A stretch of DNA of 64,000 nt from Bdellovibrionales bacterium (lineage in GTDB: Bacteria; Bdellovibrionota; Bdellovibrionia; Bdellovibrionales; UBA1609), in assembly GCA_965199825.1 (NCBI GenBank), contig OZ241329.1, forward strand, positions 2,144,001 to 2,208,000. Direction: 5' to 3'. Positions within the stretch are counted from its first letter, which is position 1. Each line of letters starts with the position of its first letter. Position numbers and translations under genes: made by a program. Of the stretch, positions 9,531 to 20,300 are shown in pieces. A model generated the notes under the pieces. The model was not told where the DNA came from. It searched no databases and saw only the letters and a program-made list of their open reading frames with translations.

Positions 9531-10508
9531 TTAGTGCTGCGGGTTTAATTTCCAACTGAGTGACTTTAGCCAGTCTCTTCCATTGCCACCAAAGTTTGAG
9601 CCCGTCTTTGTTGATACGGTGGAGCCAGCTCCGATAAACAGAACGTGTTGACCACTCACTTCGTCGGTCAAAATCGAGATCACAAAGCTCAAGCGCTTCA
9701 ATTCAGATTCCATGCTTAAGCGGATGGGGTCGGTGATCTTGGCAGAGGCACTGTAAGCTCGGGTGATCTCTCGACGCGCCGACTCGGGGTTGCCCCACTG
9801 ATTCAGAACCAAACGTTCGAATGCACTTGGAACATCAATTTCAAAAGAAGAGTAAAATATTTGCGAGGCGGCGAGATCTGCCAGCGCCCCATTGGCAATT
9901 TGGTCATCCAGATATCCGATCTCTGGCGCAGAACGGATCTGCGAATAATTTCGGTTTCTTTTTTTTATCGAAAGAAACCGGTAGATCAACCACGATGTGA
10001 GTCCGACACCCGCTGCATCAAGCCGACTGGAATGAAGAACAAGCTCATTCAGCACGGTTGGAATAAGGAACAGGGGCGTGTGCAGATTCAACTTTAATTT
10101 TGCGAGCCCCTCATCCTCTTTTGAATATGCGCTCTCAGATTGGGGTAAATAAAAATTTGCGAATAGGTTGTTGTATTGATCTTTTATTTCCGCCAGCGCC
10201 TGATAAATATTTTGATCGCCCCGAATGACGAGGACTTTTTGGCGTCGCGACTCAATGATTTTTTTAAGTCTTGTCGCTGTTAGCGTTTTACCAATTTTAT
10301 ATTTTTCGCTCACTCCGACTTCAGCCTTAGGAAACTCAGATTCCACACCGTCTGGTTGGACAAAAATTTCTTTTAATTGAGTTTTAATGGTGTTTTCGAG
10401 AGTGGGATCTGAAAGTTTATCGAGTTGGCGACTGAGAAGGGCCTCACAAACCGTGGGTCGAAAATCTTGGGCAAACGAAAAAACCGAGAAAACAATTAAA
10501 ATGACCAT
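9531..10508 (-). CDS. Secreted or membrane-associated orphan protein
   Basis: Start reassigned to MVILIVFSVFSFAQ (signal-like) using the paralog and the promoter; central hydrophobic hairpin. Confidence 0.75.
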   Translation of the reverse strand: MVILIVFSVFSFAQDFRPTVCEALLSRQLDKLSDPTLENTIKTQLKEIFVQPDGVESEFPKAEVGVSEKYKIGKTLTATRLKKIIESRRQKVLVIRGDQNIYQALAEIKDQYNNLFANFYLPQSESAYSKEDEGLAKLKLNLHTPLFLIPTVLNELVLHSSRLDAAGVGLTSWLIYRFLSIKKRNRNYSQIRSAPEIGYLDDQIANGALADLAASQIFYSSFEIDVPSAFERLVLNQWGNPESARREITRAYSASAKITDPIRLSMESELKRLSFVISILTDEVSGQHVLFIGAGSTVSTKTGSNFGGNGRDWLKSLSWKLNPQH

Positions 10509-10519
10509 AAGTGATGCTG

Positions 10520-10535
10520 AGCAATCAAAGTGCCA
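10520..10535 (-). promoter_or_regulatory. sigma54-type promoter (near consensus)
   Basis: TGGCACTTTGATTGCT, GC about 12 nt before the ATG at 10508. Confidence 0.75.
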
Positions 10536-10602
10536 CAAGTTTTGGACTTGCGTTTCAAAAAATATGCGATTTAATGAAAAGCACTTCAAGAGGGAACAAC
10601 AT

Positions 10603-10815
10603 ATGAAATCACTAAAACTCAGCTTATTTTCGATGATGACCATGATTGGACTTTCTGGTTGCACCAAGTGCAGTCAAGATCGGCCAACCGAAGCGCCCGC
10701 ACCTCAGGTGAGCGAAGCCGCACCCGTAGCGCCGCAGGGAGCGCCCGGAGCAGAGGCACCTCCCGCAATGGATGATGATTCCGAACATTCCGAAGGAAAA
10801 GGCAGCGGCTCTTGA
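10603..10815 (+). CDS. Small Pro/Ala-rich lipoprotein
   Basis: AGGGAA RBS; MKSLKLSLFSMMTMIGLSGC lipobox. Confidence 0.7.
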   Translation: MKSLKLSLFSMMTMIGLSGCTKCSQDRPTEAPAPQVSEAAPVAPQGAPGAEAPPAMDDDSEHSEGKGSGS

Positions 10816-10840
10816 CATCGTAAGGCGCGCTCTATAGGTT
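10812..10840 (+). promoter_or_regulatory. sigma70 promoter of the tRNA
   Basis: TTGACA-N17-TAGGTT just upstream of the tRNA. Confidence 0.65.
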
Positions 10841-10859
10841 GCGAGTTCGACTGTGTTAT

Positions 10860-10936
<77 letters not shown>

Positions 10937-11406
10937 ATTTTACAAATTCAATATTAAAAATGCTCAAACATCCGTATCGCCAGTAGGCGATCCGAACTCG
11001 CATTTTTAGTATTGGATTTATTTTGGGTTGGATTCTAGCGATTTCGTTGCTGAGATCCAAGCATCGAATTCGATTAATTTTTCATTTAAATTTTTAATGT
11101 CGGTTCGGTAGTGATTTTGTTTGAAGACGGGTTTGGCTGCGGCAAAATTGTCAACAGACTCTCTTTTAAAAATAATAGGAATTTTGTACCTTTCTGGACA
11201 ACCTTTTGAAACTTTTCAAAAAGACGGGCAATTCGGTTCGGACTTGCGGCTGAAGTACTCGATGGAACAGGATCGGAGAAATATCATCTGGAGAAGAATT
11301 GACAGCGATTGACCCAAGGTTTGTTTACACCAACGCTTTGTCTGATTTCAAAACCCTTCGTTGATGCAAGTTGAACAACTCAAATTGCGATATTTTTAAG
11401 CGAACC

Positions 11407-12968
11407 CTATTTTTCTTGATTGCGCATGACCTGAGCCCAACCCAGCTCCATCCAATCAATCTCCTGCTGTATTTGTTGAAATGCGGCATCGCCGATTTTA
11501 TTTTCTTCACGTAATTTGTTTAAGCGCGCGCGCTGAGATTCAGTCGCCAATCGAGCAACAGCGCTTTGATCGAAATCTTCTTGTGTACCAGCTAATTCTT
11601 TTTCAGCTCGTCGCTGCTGAATCTCAAAACTATTTTTCACATGCGCGACTCTTTCTGAATGTGAATCCTCTGCGAAAGACAAAAGGGCCGCATTCAGTGA
11701 TTCGTAGCGCGCATACAAGACTTCTCGCTCCACTGTGCCATCATCTTTAGATTAAGAAATTGAATGAGTGGTCGCAGAGTCAAACCCTGAAAAACAAGTG
11801 TTCCAAGTGTGACACCAAATGCTGTTGCTAGAATTAAATCTCGGTGTGGAAAGGTGGTTGGCAATGCAAGAGCCGATGCGAGGGTCACAGTGCCGCGCAT
11901 GCCACACCATCCAACAAGTAGAGCACTTTTGAAATCCATTCGGAGAGCATCTTGAGGCGTTGAGGACTCTTTCGCTTTTGCGCGCCAGCGATGGTAGGAG
12001 CTTGCACCCAGTACCCAAATCAATCTTGATACAATAACTGCAATGCAAACAACGAAAGCAACAATAAGATACTGAACACCTTCGACTTTGTTTGTTCTTA
12101 AAAGAACTAATTTGAGTTGAAGACCAACGAGCATAAAAGCTAAAACATTTAATACAAAAACCGAGACCTCCCATACGGCATAGGATGGAATACGGATTCG
12201 AGCTTTCACAATTTCTTGAGCGCTCTGTGCAATAACGATTGCGTAAACAACAATTGTTATAATGCCTGAAAGGTGAAGGTTTTCTGCGATTATCCAAACG
12301 GCAAAAGTTGCACAAAACTGAAATATAATAGCGGTTGAGACATCATATGTTCGCGAACTAATAAAGAGCGCAACTTTTGAAAGTCCAACGCCGAGTGCGC
12401 TACTTCCCAGAGTAACAAACAAAAGAGTTGGCAAAACATTCCAGCCAGAAACAGATCCAACAACCACTGCCCCCACTGCAAGCCGATAGACTAAGAGAGC
12501 ACTTGCATCGTTGAAAAGACTTTCGCCTTCTAAAATCACCATCAATCGATGTGGCAGATGAAGCTGTTTTAAAACAGTTGTTGCTGCTGCTGCGTCTGGA
12601 GGGGCAACAATGGCGCCGAGAGCAATCGCAACCGCCCAAGGCATAGTCGGCACAAGGATTATTGCAACTCCAGCTACAATAAGAATAGTTAGAAAAACTG
12701 CACCTAGTGCAAGACCTGCGATGGATTGCCAATTTGCTCGAAGGTCGCGAAGTGAAGAATCAAAGGCCGCATCGAGTAGAACGGGTGCAACAAAAAGTAC
12801 AAGTGCAAGTTCTGGATCAAGAACAAGTGCTGGTATTCCTGGTATCAACGCAAGGGCGGCACCGGCTAACGCTAAGAGCGCAGGGTAGGGTGAAGTGAAG
12901 CGTCTTGCAAAGGCCGCAAGACCTGCTCCAAGTAAAAGAATTGCGATGACGACTTCAAAAACTTCCAT
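11407..12968 (-). pseudogene. CPA1 Na+/H+ antiporter (YjcE-like), split by a frameshift
   Basis: PPDAAA, ILEGESLFNDASAL, GMRGTVTLA, QGLTL; adding one base at 11746-11748 joins LNLK to DDGTVEREV of ORF 11407-11733. Confidence 0.75.
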
Positions 12969-13236
12969 TTTACGATCGATTCTTGTTTGGTTATGAGAGT
13001 TTGATTCATTTTGTATTTTAAAGCGACAGGTGTTTTTTGAATATAAAATATTTAGTGATGCGAACGATGGTAGCGAATTCGAGCAATTTGATTTTGGAAA
13101 AATTTAAATCCAAAACTAGAATCAAAAATCTGAGCCCCTCCAGTTATTCTTTGGATCTGGTTGATACCAGCTTCTCGGGGCAATGTCATATTAAGAAATG
13201 TGTATGGAGGCTCTCAAAAAAAGCGGTAGTATAAAA

Positions 13237-14427
13237 CTATTTATTAAACTCGTGATCACTCAAAATATGTTTTAATTCGTGACTTAAGAGTTGGCGAGCA
13301 ATCCGGGTATGGCCGCTCACGCTAGGATGAAAGCAGTCATTGGCAAGATCGCCGGCTTTAAATTGAATGTCTTTGGTTGATGAAGCGTAAATTGCGGAGA
13401 GACCTTGCGGAGCAGTTTTGTTAAATTCATCCACCGCGTTTTTAAGAATTTCGTCTTGCACATACTGAAGATCTCGAACTCGCTGAATGTGTTGTTCGGG
13501 ATGATCGCTTGGCGATAGCACACCTCGACACTCGCCAATCAGGGCTTTGCGCATCGATTCGCTCCACCACATTTTTGGGGTTTCGCCTTTTCGGAGGGCT
13601 TCACAGGTGATTTGGCCTGCACCTTCGAAAAAAATCTTTTGCTGTAAAAGTTCGTGGTTCGTCAAAACGTTTGCCACATCCACGGGAGCAACAATTACGA
13701 TTTTTGTACCTTGTGGGTGCGGTGGAAATTTTGCCGCTTTTTGCATTTGGTCGCGCACTCGTTGTTCAAACATATTTCTAAAATAGTCGACTGGTCGATC
13801 AAAAAAATCGGGATGACAAAAGTCGTTCGCAACATAAGAGACCAACACCAACGGCGGAAGGGTTTTAGTGCCCACTTCAAAAATTCGTTTGAGTTGCTGT
13901 TCAAGGGTGTCGAATTGTTTGCCGTCTTGGCCGGTTGTCACGATATGGTTTGGGTTTACATTTAATGCTCTTCCGACCATATAACCAAAAGCATACTCAG
14001 GTGTATCAATCAGCTTTGATCCTTTTGATTCCAGATCTTTCATAAAAACCGAGCCTTCGCTTCTTTCATATTCCAATTCTTCTTTGGATAGCATCACCCG
14101 GTTCAATGGCTGAACTGGGTTTGTGATATTAAATTCCAGAGGGGATGGATAAACAGAGTAATCTGGAGTGTTGGATGTGGTCTTGCCTCTCAGTATGAAT
14201 ACAAATGATTTTTGTTTAAACCGAGTCCAAGATGCAATAAAACTTGGGTCTGCAGCGGCTCCAGTTGTACTGCTGTCGCCAACAATCGCCATCCAAAATT
14301 CATCAGATTTAGCCGTTTGCTTGTTCTCAGTGGTGCGGTCGTTGGAACCAAATGAATAATCGGCATACAGCGGAGCCGAAAATGCGCTCAATAAAATAAA
14401 GAGATACGTTAGTTTTGAATCGGTCAT
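13237..14427 (-). CDS. Secreted SGNH/GDSL hydrolase
   Basis: IVGDS, ANDFC and DCFHP catalytic blocks; signal peptide. Confidence 0.8.
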   Translation of the reverse strand: MTDSKLTYLFILLSAFSAPLYADYSFGSNDRTTENKQTAKSDEFWMAIVGDSSTTGAAADPSFIASWTRFKQKSFVFILRGKTTSNTPDYSVYPSPLEFNITNPVQPLNRVMLSKEELEYERSEGSVFMKDLESKGSKLIDTPEYAFGYMVGRALNVNPNHIVTTGQDGKQFDTLEQQLKRIFEVGTKTLPPLVLVSYVANDFCHPDFFDRPVDYFRNMFEQRVRDQMQKAAKFPPHPQGTKIVIVAPVDVANVLTNHELLQQKIFFEGAGQITCEALRKGETPKMWWSESMRKALIGECRGVLSPSDHPEQHIQRVRDLQYVQDEILKNAVDEFNKTAPQGLSAIYASSTKDIQFKAGDLANDCFHPSVSGHTRIARQLLSHELKHILSDHEFNK

Positions 14428-14442
14428 AGGTCTCGAAAGAAT

Positions 14443-14458
14443 TGCAAGGTTCAGGCCG
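14443..14458 (-). promoter_or_regulatory. sigma54-type promoter
   Basis: CGGCCTGAACCTTGCA, GC about 16 nt before the ATG at 14427. Confidence 0.55.
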
Positions 14459-14553
14459 CATGCACGGGCTCGAGGATTTGTGTTCGCCGACGATACTGGT
14501 ACGTTTTTATGAACGCATCAAAACCTTCTACGAGCCGCTCCAATTTTTATCAT

Positions 14554-15162
14554 TTATAAGGTCGAACTTAACGATTGAGTTAATTCAGTTTGCTCAGCCG
14601 GAGAGAGGCAATCAAAAAAATCGCCTGAATCACGAATGGCTTTTAAACTGTTTTGTGCTTTTTTGATTCCTTCGCTGTTTTTACTCGCCTTGAAACATTC
14701 AGCCACTTTCCTTAACGATTTACTCAAAGGATCTAAAAAAGGACAGCGCAGAGGTTTTGATAATCGATAGGCCTTTTTTCCTAGAGGTGGCGTTGAGAGC
14801 ATATCGAATCGGCCTGGTAAACAATTTAAATTTGGATGTTCTGGGTTATTTGAGCTGTAGCCATTGGAGGAAGTTGTCATAGCAGCTATCATGGGCCCAC
14901 ATAAAGCAACAAACATAATAGTTCCACCGATCGTATCCAAAACAACTTCGGCTGTGTAGCCAGCACCGGTAAAGAGATAAGACATCGCCGTCCCGCCGAC
15001 TTGAAGCGTTCGATCAATACTATAAGTGTCCAAACTATTTTCGGAAATATGATCAAAAGCCTTCTGTCAAAGTCCGTGAGACAGATCGCTTTCAAATTTT
15101 TTTTGATTCGATGTGCACGAAACGAAAAATATAAATAAAAATAGCTCTGCTTTTTTCATCAT
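14554..15162 (-). pseudogene. Hypothetical lipoprotein interrupted by an in-frame TGA
   Basis: MMKKAELFLFIFFVSCTSNQKKFESDLSHGL*QKAFDHISENSLDTYSIDR is in frame with ORF 14554-15033; TGA at 15067-15069. Confidence 0.6.
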
Positions 15163-15328
15163 CAAAGACAGATGCAGCAACCCTCTTGTAAAAACAATTG
15201 TTTTTTAACCTAAGAGGGTGAGAACCTTAAGTGTCTCATAACAGACCAAAGACGGTGTCTCACATCGCCTATATTTTAGGACATGTCATAAAGTTCAGCG
15301 TTCAAATAAAAATTAAACATTTCTGATA

Positions 15329-15344
15329 GGGCCCACCCTTTGCT
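15329..15344 (+). promoter_or_regulatory. sigma54-type promoter
   Basis: GGGCCCACCCTTTGCT upstream of the RBS GAGGG of 15375. Confidence 0.45.
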
Positions 15345-15374
15345 CTGTTAGTATGTAAATAAGAGGGAATTAAA

Positions 15375-17087
15375 ATGGAACGTCAAAAATTGAAACATAT
15401 CTCGGTTCTAACTTTTGTATTGCTCAGCACCTTGGCCTTTCAAAACTGCTCCAAGGTGGCCTTTGATACTCAGCCTGTTGCTGCCCTGAGTGCCACGCAA
15501 ACGGGTGGTGTGGATCAGGCTTGTGTGGAGCAAAGCGGGGTTTCTCACCCAGATGGATCAAAGTGGACTGAAGATAAAATCTCGGCTCAATCTTTAGCCT
15601 GTCCAGATGGAAGTTCTAAACAATCCAATCTCACCACTACGACCTCTTTTCTTTGTGTGAAAAGCAACATCATCACAACCGACTCAAGCACGCAATCCTC
15701 CGCTACAGCCACTTGCAACACCCCACCGAAATCTTGTGTGGATGCGACGGGTGTCACTCATAAGAGTGGTGAAACTTGGAAAACAACGTCCGATGTTGTG
15801 ACAAACAAACCCTGTGATCTTGATCCACAAGTGAATCAAAAAATAATCACCAATCATATTCAATCGTTTTTATGTACCAACGGAGTGCAAAGCCAAACCG
15901 CAAGTTCTGATTTGATCAACCAGGCCTCAAACTTATGCCCGGTGTGCCTAGATAAACCGGTTCAAGGATCAAGCCTTCCGCTTTGCAATCCAAGCTGCCA
16001 AGCCGCTGATGGATCAACCCATGCGAATAACACATCATGGACTGTTGTTACTCAGACTTCCAAAAAAGTGAGCTGCCCCAATAGTTCTGATTTAAATCAA
16101 AATTATTTAAATACACAAGTTTTGAATTGCTCAAATGGGCAAGTGGTTGATGGTGGCAGCACCTCGGTTGCAACTAGCCCAAATGCGGTTTGTCCTCAAG
16201 CCGGCTTAGTCGCAACGGTTGATTCGGCAAACCCAAAATTGGGAGCAACCGACAATCTCAATATTGTTTCTCAATCGGTAAGTGATATTTCTTACTCCTG
16301 CCGTGGGGCCGACAACTCGGTTGCTCAAGGAGCAGTCGCGATGGGAGCACAAAGTATTCCGTTAACGGTCAACAGCGACACTGTGTGTTCAGTCACTGCC
16401 ACCGGCGCCGATTCAAAAAATTTAAGCGCATCGGTTTCGATGAATGTGGATTGTGGCAATAAAATTAAAGACGGCGGCATTTGCGTTGATTTCGGATGTA
16501 AAGAAGTCCAGCAATTAGCTCTCCCGAGTGATGGTTCGACCCTTACAATTCCAGCTCGTTCAAACAAAGGCTATTGCTACTCGATAAAACTTTTGGATGC
16601 GATCGCAAATTCGGATTCGAAACTCACGTCTCAACACGACGATTCCATTCTATCACGCGATCATGACGGACCAAATGAACCTTCAAGAACATCGCATCCC
16701 TATTTGTTGGGTCGTAAAAATTTAAGTTTTATTGAGCTTGGTCCTCGGAATATCAAACTCGCAGGCGGCAACGATGCCCAAAGTCCAATTCTTGTGGACA
16801 ACTATGTGCTGGTTGGAATCGCGCCTCAAGGTGCAGCTGTGAACAATTCTTTTTATAAATCCTATGGAACCGCAGATGCGGTGATCACGCTTGCGGGAGA
16901 TGGCAATATCTTATTTGGTGGAATGCCACTTGGATTACAATCTTTTGGGCCTGGTGGGACAAGCACAGTGGCGCCCTTAGATATCACATCAAACGTCTCA
17001 GCAAACACCACCTATAATCTCGATTTTAGAGCCGAAGATTGCGGTGGAGTGCGTGAGTTATCGGATATCTACCTTCTGTTTCAATAA
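15375..17087 (+). CDS. Cys/Ser/Thr-rich surface lipoprotein with three internal repeats
   Basis: LAFQNC lipobox-like motif; C-x4-G-x2-H-x5-W repeats; beta-rich C-terminus. Confidence 0.75.
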   Translation: MERQKLKHISVLTFVLLSTLAFQNCSKVAFDTQPVAALSATQTGGVDQACVEQSGVSHPDGSKWTEDKISAQSLACPDGSSKQSNLTTTTSFLCVKSNIITTDSSTQSSATATCNTPPKSCVDATGVTHKSGETWKTTSDVVTNKPCDLDPQVNQKIITNHIQSFLCTNGVQSQTASSDLINQASNLCPVCLDKPVQGSSLPLCNPSCQAADGSTHANNTSWTVVTQTSKKVSCPNSSDLNQNYLNTQVLNCSNGQVVDGGSTSVATSPNAVCPQAGLVATVDSANPKLGATDNLNIVSQSVSDISYSCRGADNSVAQGAVAMGAQSIPLTVNSDTVCSVTATGADSKNLSASVSMNVDCGNKIKDGGICVDFGCKEVQQLALPSDGSTLTIPARSNKGYCYSIKLLDAIANSDSKLTSQHDDSILSRDHDGPNEPSRTSHPYLLGRKNLSFIELGPRNIKLAGGNDAQSPILVDNYVLVGIAPQGAAVNNSFYKSYGTADAVITLAGDGNILFGGMPLGLQSFGPGGTSTVAPLDITSNVSANTTYNLDFRAEDCGGVRELSDIYLLFQ

Positions 17088-17101
17088 TTAGAAACTTTGT
17101 A

Positions 17102-17130
17102 CTCACGCCAAACAAACCGTGCGGCGTGAG
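17102..17130. repeat. Inverted repeat after the lipoprotein gene (possible terminator)
   Basis: CTCACGCC...GGCGTGAG; no clear T-tract. Confidence 0.4.
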
Positions 17131-17365
17131 CGATGGTAATAGAGCGTCTAGAAAACATTTGGGTTAGAACCCATCACAAATGCACCTCTGATCGCACTTC
17201 AAGCCTACAACTTCAAAATAAATCTATTTTTCAAACCCATCTTATCAGAATCAGCCAGAATGACTCACCTCTAAACTTAGTCTTTTGTCTCGCTTTGTTC
17301 GACTTTCACCAATAAACAAGATGTGATCAAAATTAAAGTTAGATTTTAAATTGGGGAGATCGGGT

Positions 17366-20300
17366 GTGAACACTTCGGTGAACGAAATATTTGAAGAGAT
17401 CAAAGGACATTTTGAAATCGTTCCGCCCTTTTTTAAATCAGCCGAAAAGAGCCCACTGGTTTTAAGAAATTTATGGAATCAAACTCTCTATTCCTATCTT
17501 CAAAATCCAATTCCGAAACTTTTTAAAGAAAAACTGTCCGCCTCAATCGCCCGATTTTGCAAGGTGCCTTACTGTTTGGTTTGTCACTCCTCGACGCTTA
17601 AGGCGTTGGGCATGTCGGGCGAGCAGATTTTTAATTTTTTGCAAGAGCCGCCGCTCCAGTTTGAGCGGATGCAAAAAGATATTGAAAACTTATTTCATCA
17701 TCCGCAACTGACGAGTTGGCCAGAGAGTGATCCGAATCTTGAGGAGGCAATTTTATTTTGTAGTCTCACCATTTATTTGGATCACGACACCGAGGACTGC
17801 AAACAGGTTTTAAAATCAATTTTGCCACCCGAACTTTTTGATTCCCTGCTGTTATTGATCGCCTATAACCGCACCTGCGTTTTGTGGTCTGAAGCGCATC
17901 CTGAACTTAATTTTAACGACGATCAGCGAGTCAAAGTGAATCTCGCTTCACTTCTTAAAGAAGAGCCTCGCTTAGAAATGCTTTTTAAAAATTCAAGTGA
18001 GCAAATGGGCGATCATGCCAAACTTAAAGCCTATCGCCTTACAAAAGAAAATAAATCTTTAATCGCAAGCGAAACCGAATTGCGAAACCTTGCGAAAAAA
18101 AACGCCTGTTTGGTGCAAAGTCTTTTAAATTCGACAACCGAAGGGATCTGGGGGGTGGGTCGAGACGGATTGATCACATTCGTTAACCCCTCCGGAGTTA
18201 AATTATTTGGTTACTCCTCTGATCAAGAGATGATCGGGAAAAATTCGCATGAACTTGTGCACTATAAAAAAGCGGATGGAAGTCATTTTTCGGCAGGTGA
18301 GTGTCCGATAGTTGAGGCGTTAAAAAAAGGACGTTCTCATCACAGCGAAGATGAAATCATGTGGCGACGAGACGGCTCGGCTTTTTTTGCCACCTACAAT
18401 TTAACCCCAGTGATTGAGAATAACCAAATTACCGGAGCTGTGATTACTTTTACCGACACCACCGATCGCAAGCGAGTTTTAGAAGAACTCAAAATAAACA
18501 AAGAATGGTTAGATGCAACATTACACGGAATTGGTGATGCGGTGATTGCCACCGATGTTTCAAAGATTCCAAAGATCACATTTTTAAATGGTATTGCAGA
18601 ACAATTAACCGGTTGGTCGCTCAAGGAAGCTCGTGGACGTTCTATTGATGAGGTCTTTCATATCATCAACGATATCACCCGCAATAAAGCGGTCAGTCCA
18701 ATCCAAAACGTTTTGAGCACTGGGGAAATTCAAGCTCTCGCCAATCACACTTCGCTGATTTCCAAATCAGGAAAAGAATATTTGATCGAAGACAGTGCCT
18801 CGCCCATTAAGAATTACAAGGGAGAAGTCGAAGGCGTTGTGTTGGTGTTTCGTGACGTCACTCAACAAAAAATGTTAGAGCGCGAAACACTCGAAGCCAA
18901 TTTACGCGTAAAGGCGTCACAAGAAGAGCTTGAGGCTTTTTTTATGCAAGCACCCAGTCCCATGGTCATTCTTGAAGGACCCGATCACCGGGTGACTCTC
19001 GCCAATCCCCCATATGAAAGATTGTCGGGCCGAAAGGTTGTGGGCAAAACTATGCGGGAGGCCTTTACCAAGGGCGAAGCCGACACATTTATTCCGATCC
19101 TAGACGAAGTGTACAAAAGCGGGATTGCTTTTGTTGGCCAAGAGATGCCGATTGAACTTCGTGATGAGGCAGGCCAAGAGCATCACTACTGGGTCGACAT
19201 CAGCTATCATCCCTTTCGCGATCCCAAAGGAAAAGTTAAGGGCGTACTTGCGCTCATTCATGATGTGACCGCTTCGGCACTTTCGCGCCGCAAAGTCGAA
19301 AAGAGCGAAAATCGCTTAAAGATTGAGCGCGCAAAACTTGAGGCCATTTTTTATGGTGCCGATACTCCGATGGTTTTATTTCGTGGACCCGAGCTCGTAT
19401 ATGAAATGGCAAACAATAAATATTTAGATCTGATTGGCCAAAAAGATATTATTGGCAAAAAGATTATGGATGCTCGCCCCGAAATTGCCCAAGGGGACTT
19501 TGTCAAAATTCTTTATGAGGTTTATCGCACCGGAAAATCGGCTTATGTGACCGAAGGCCATTCGCCCATCCGCAATCTTAAAACAGGAATTATTGAGCAC
19601 CGTTATTTCGATACAACTTTTACCAGAGTCTGTGATGATCCAACAAAACCCTATTTAATTGTTGCCCATACCATGGAGGCCACTGCGCGGGTACGTGACC
19701 GCATGTTGCTTGAGACCGCAAAAAAAGAAGCCGATCACGCCAATCAAACCAAATCTTCTTTTTTGGCAAATATGTCGCATGAAATCAGAACTCCTCTTGG
19801 GGCAATCATCGGTTTTACCGAAATGTTGCGCGATGATAAAATTAGTCCGGAAGAACGAAAGCGTTTTACCGACGTGATCAGTAGAAATGCCAAATCTTTA
19901 ACCCGCGTGATCGATGACATCCTTGACCTTTCAAAAGTCGAAGCGGGCAGACTTGATATAGAGCTCTCTTTGTTTAGTTTGCGCGAGGTCTTGCAAGATG
20001 TGATTGCTCTGTTTATCGACCGTGCACGAACAATCGGAATTGGACTCTACCTCAACATCGCTCCTGATTTGCCCGAAAAGATTCAGAGCGATCCGGTCCG
20101 TTTGCGCCAGATATTTATCAATATCATTGGCAATGCGATCAAGTTTACCGAAAAAGGGGCAGTCACGGTGAGCGTCGAGATGCAGTCAAGCGGCCAAAAC
20201 GAAAAATTATTTTTTGTTCGTGTCAAAGACACCGGCCGCGGCCTCACCCTCGAGCAACAATCAAAATTGTTTAAGCCATTTAGTCAGGCCGATAGCACCA

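Noticed and set aside
10509..10667. Longer start for ORF 9531-10667 (and for ORF 10387-10815)
   Set aside because: Paralog alignment, promoter position and lipobox favour starts at 10508 and 10603
10937..11400. Prophage or integrase and att site downstream of the tRNA
   Set aside because: No integrase motif and no duplicate of the tRNA 3' end found by eye; the short ORFs here are unconvincing
11752..12732. Cys/Ser/Arg-rich alternative-frame ORFs
   Set aside because: Out-of-frame readings of the hydrophobic antiporter codons
15231..15265. Twin GTGTCTCA half-sites as an enhancer for the sigma54-type promoter
   Set aside because: Plausible spacing but too short and imperfect to support without a genome-wide motif analysis
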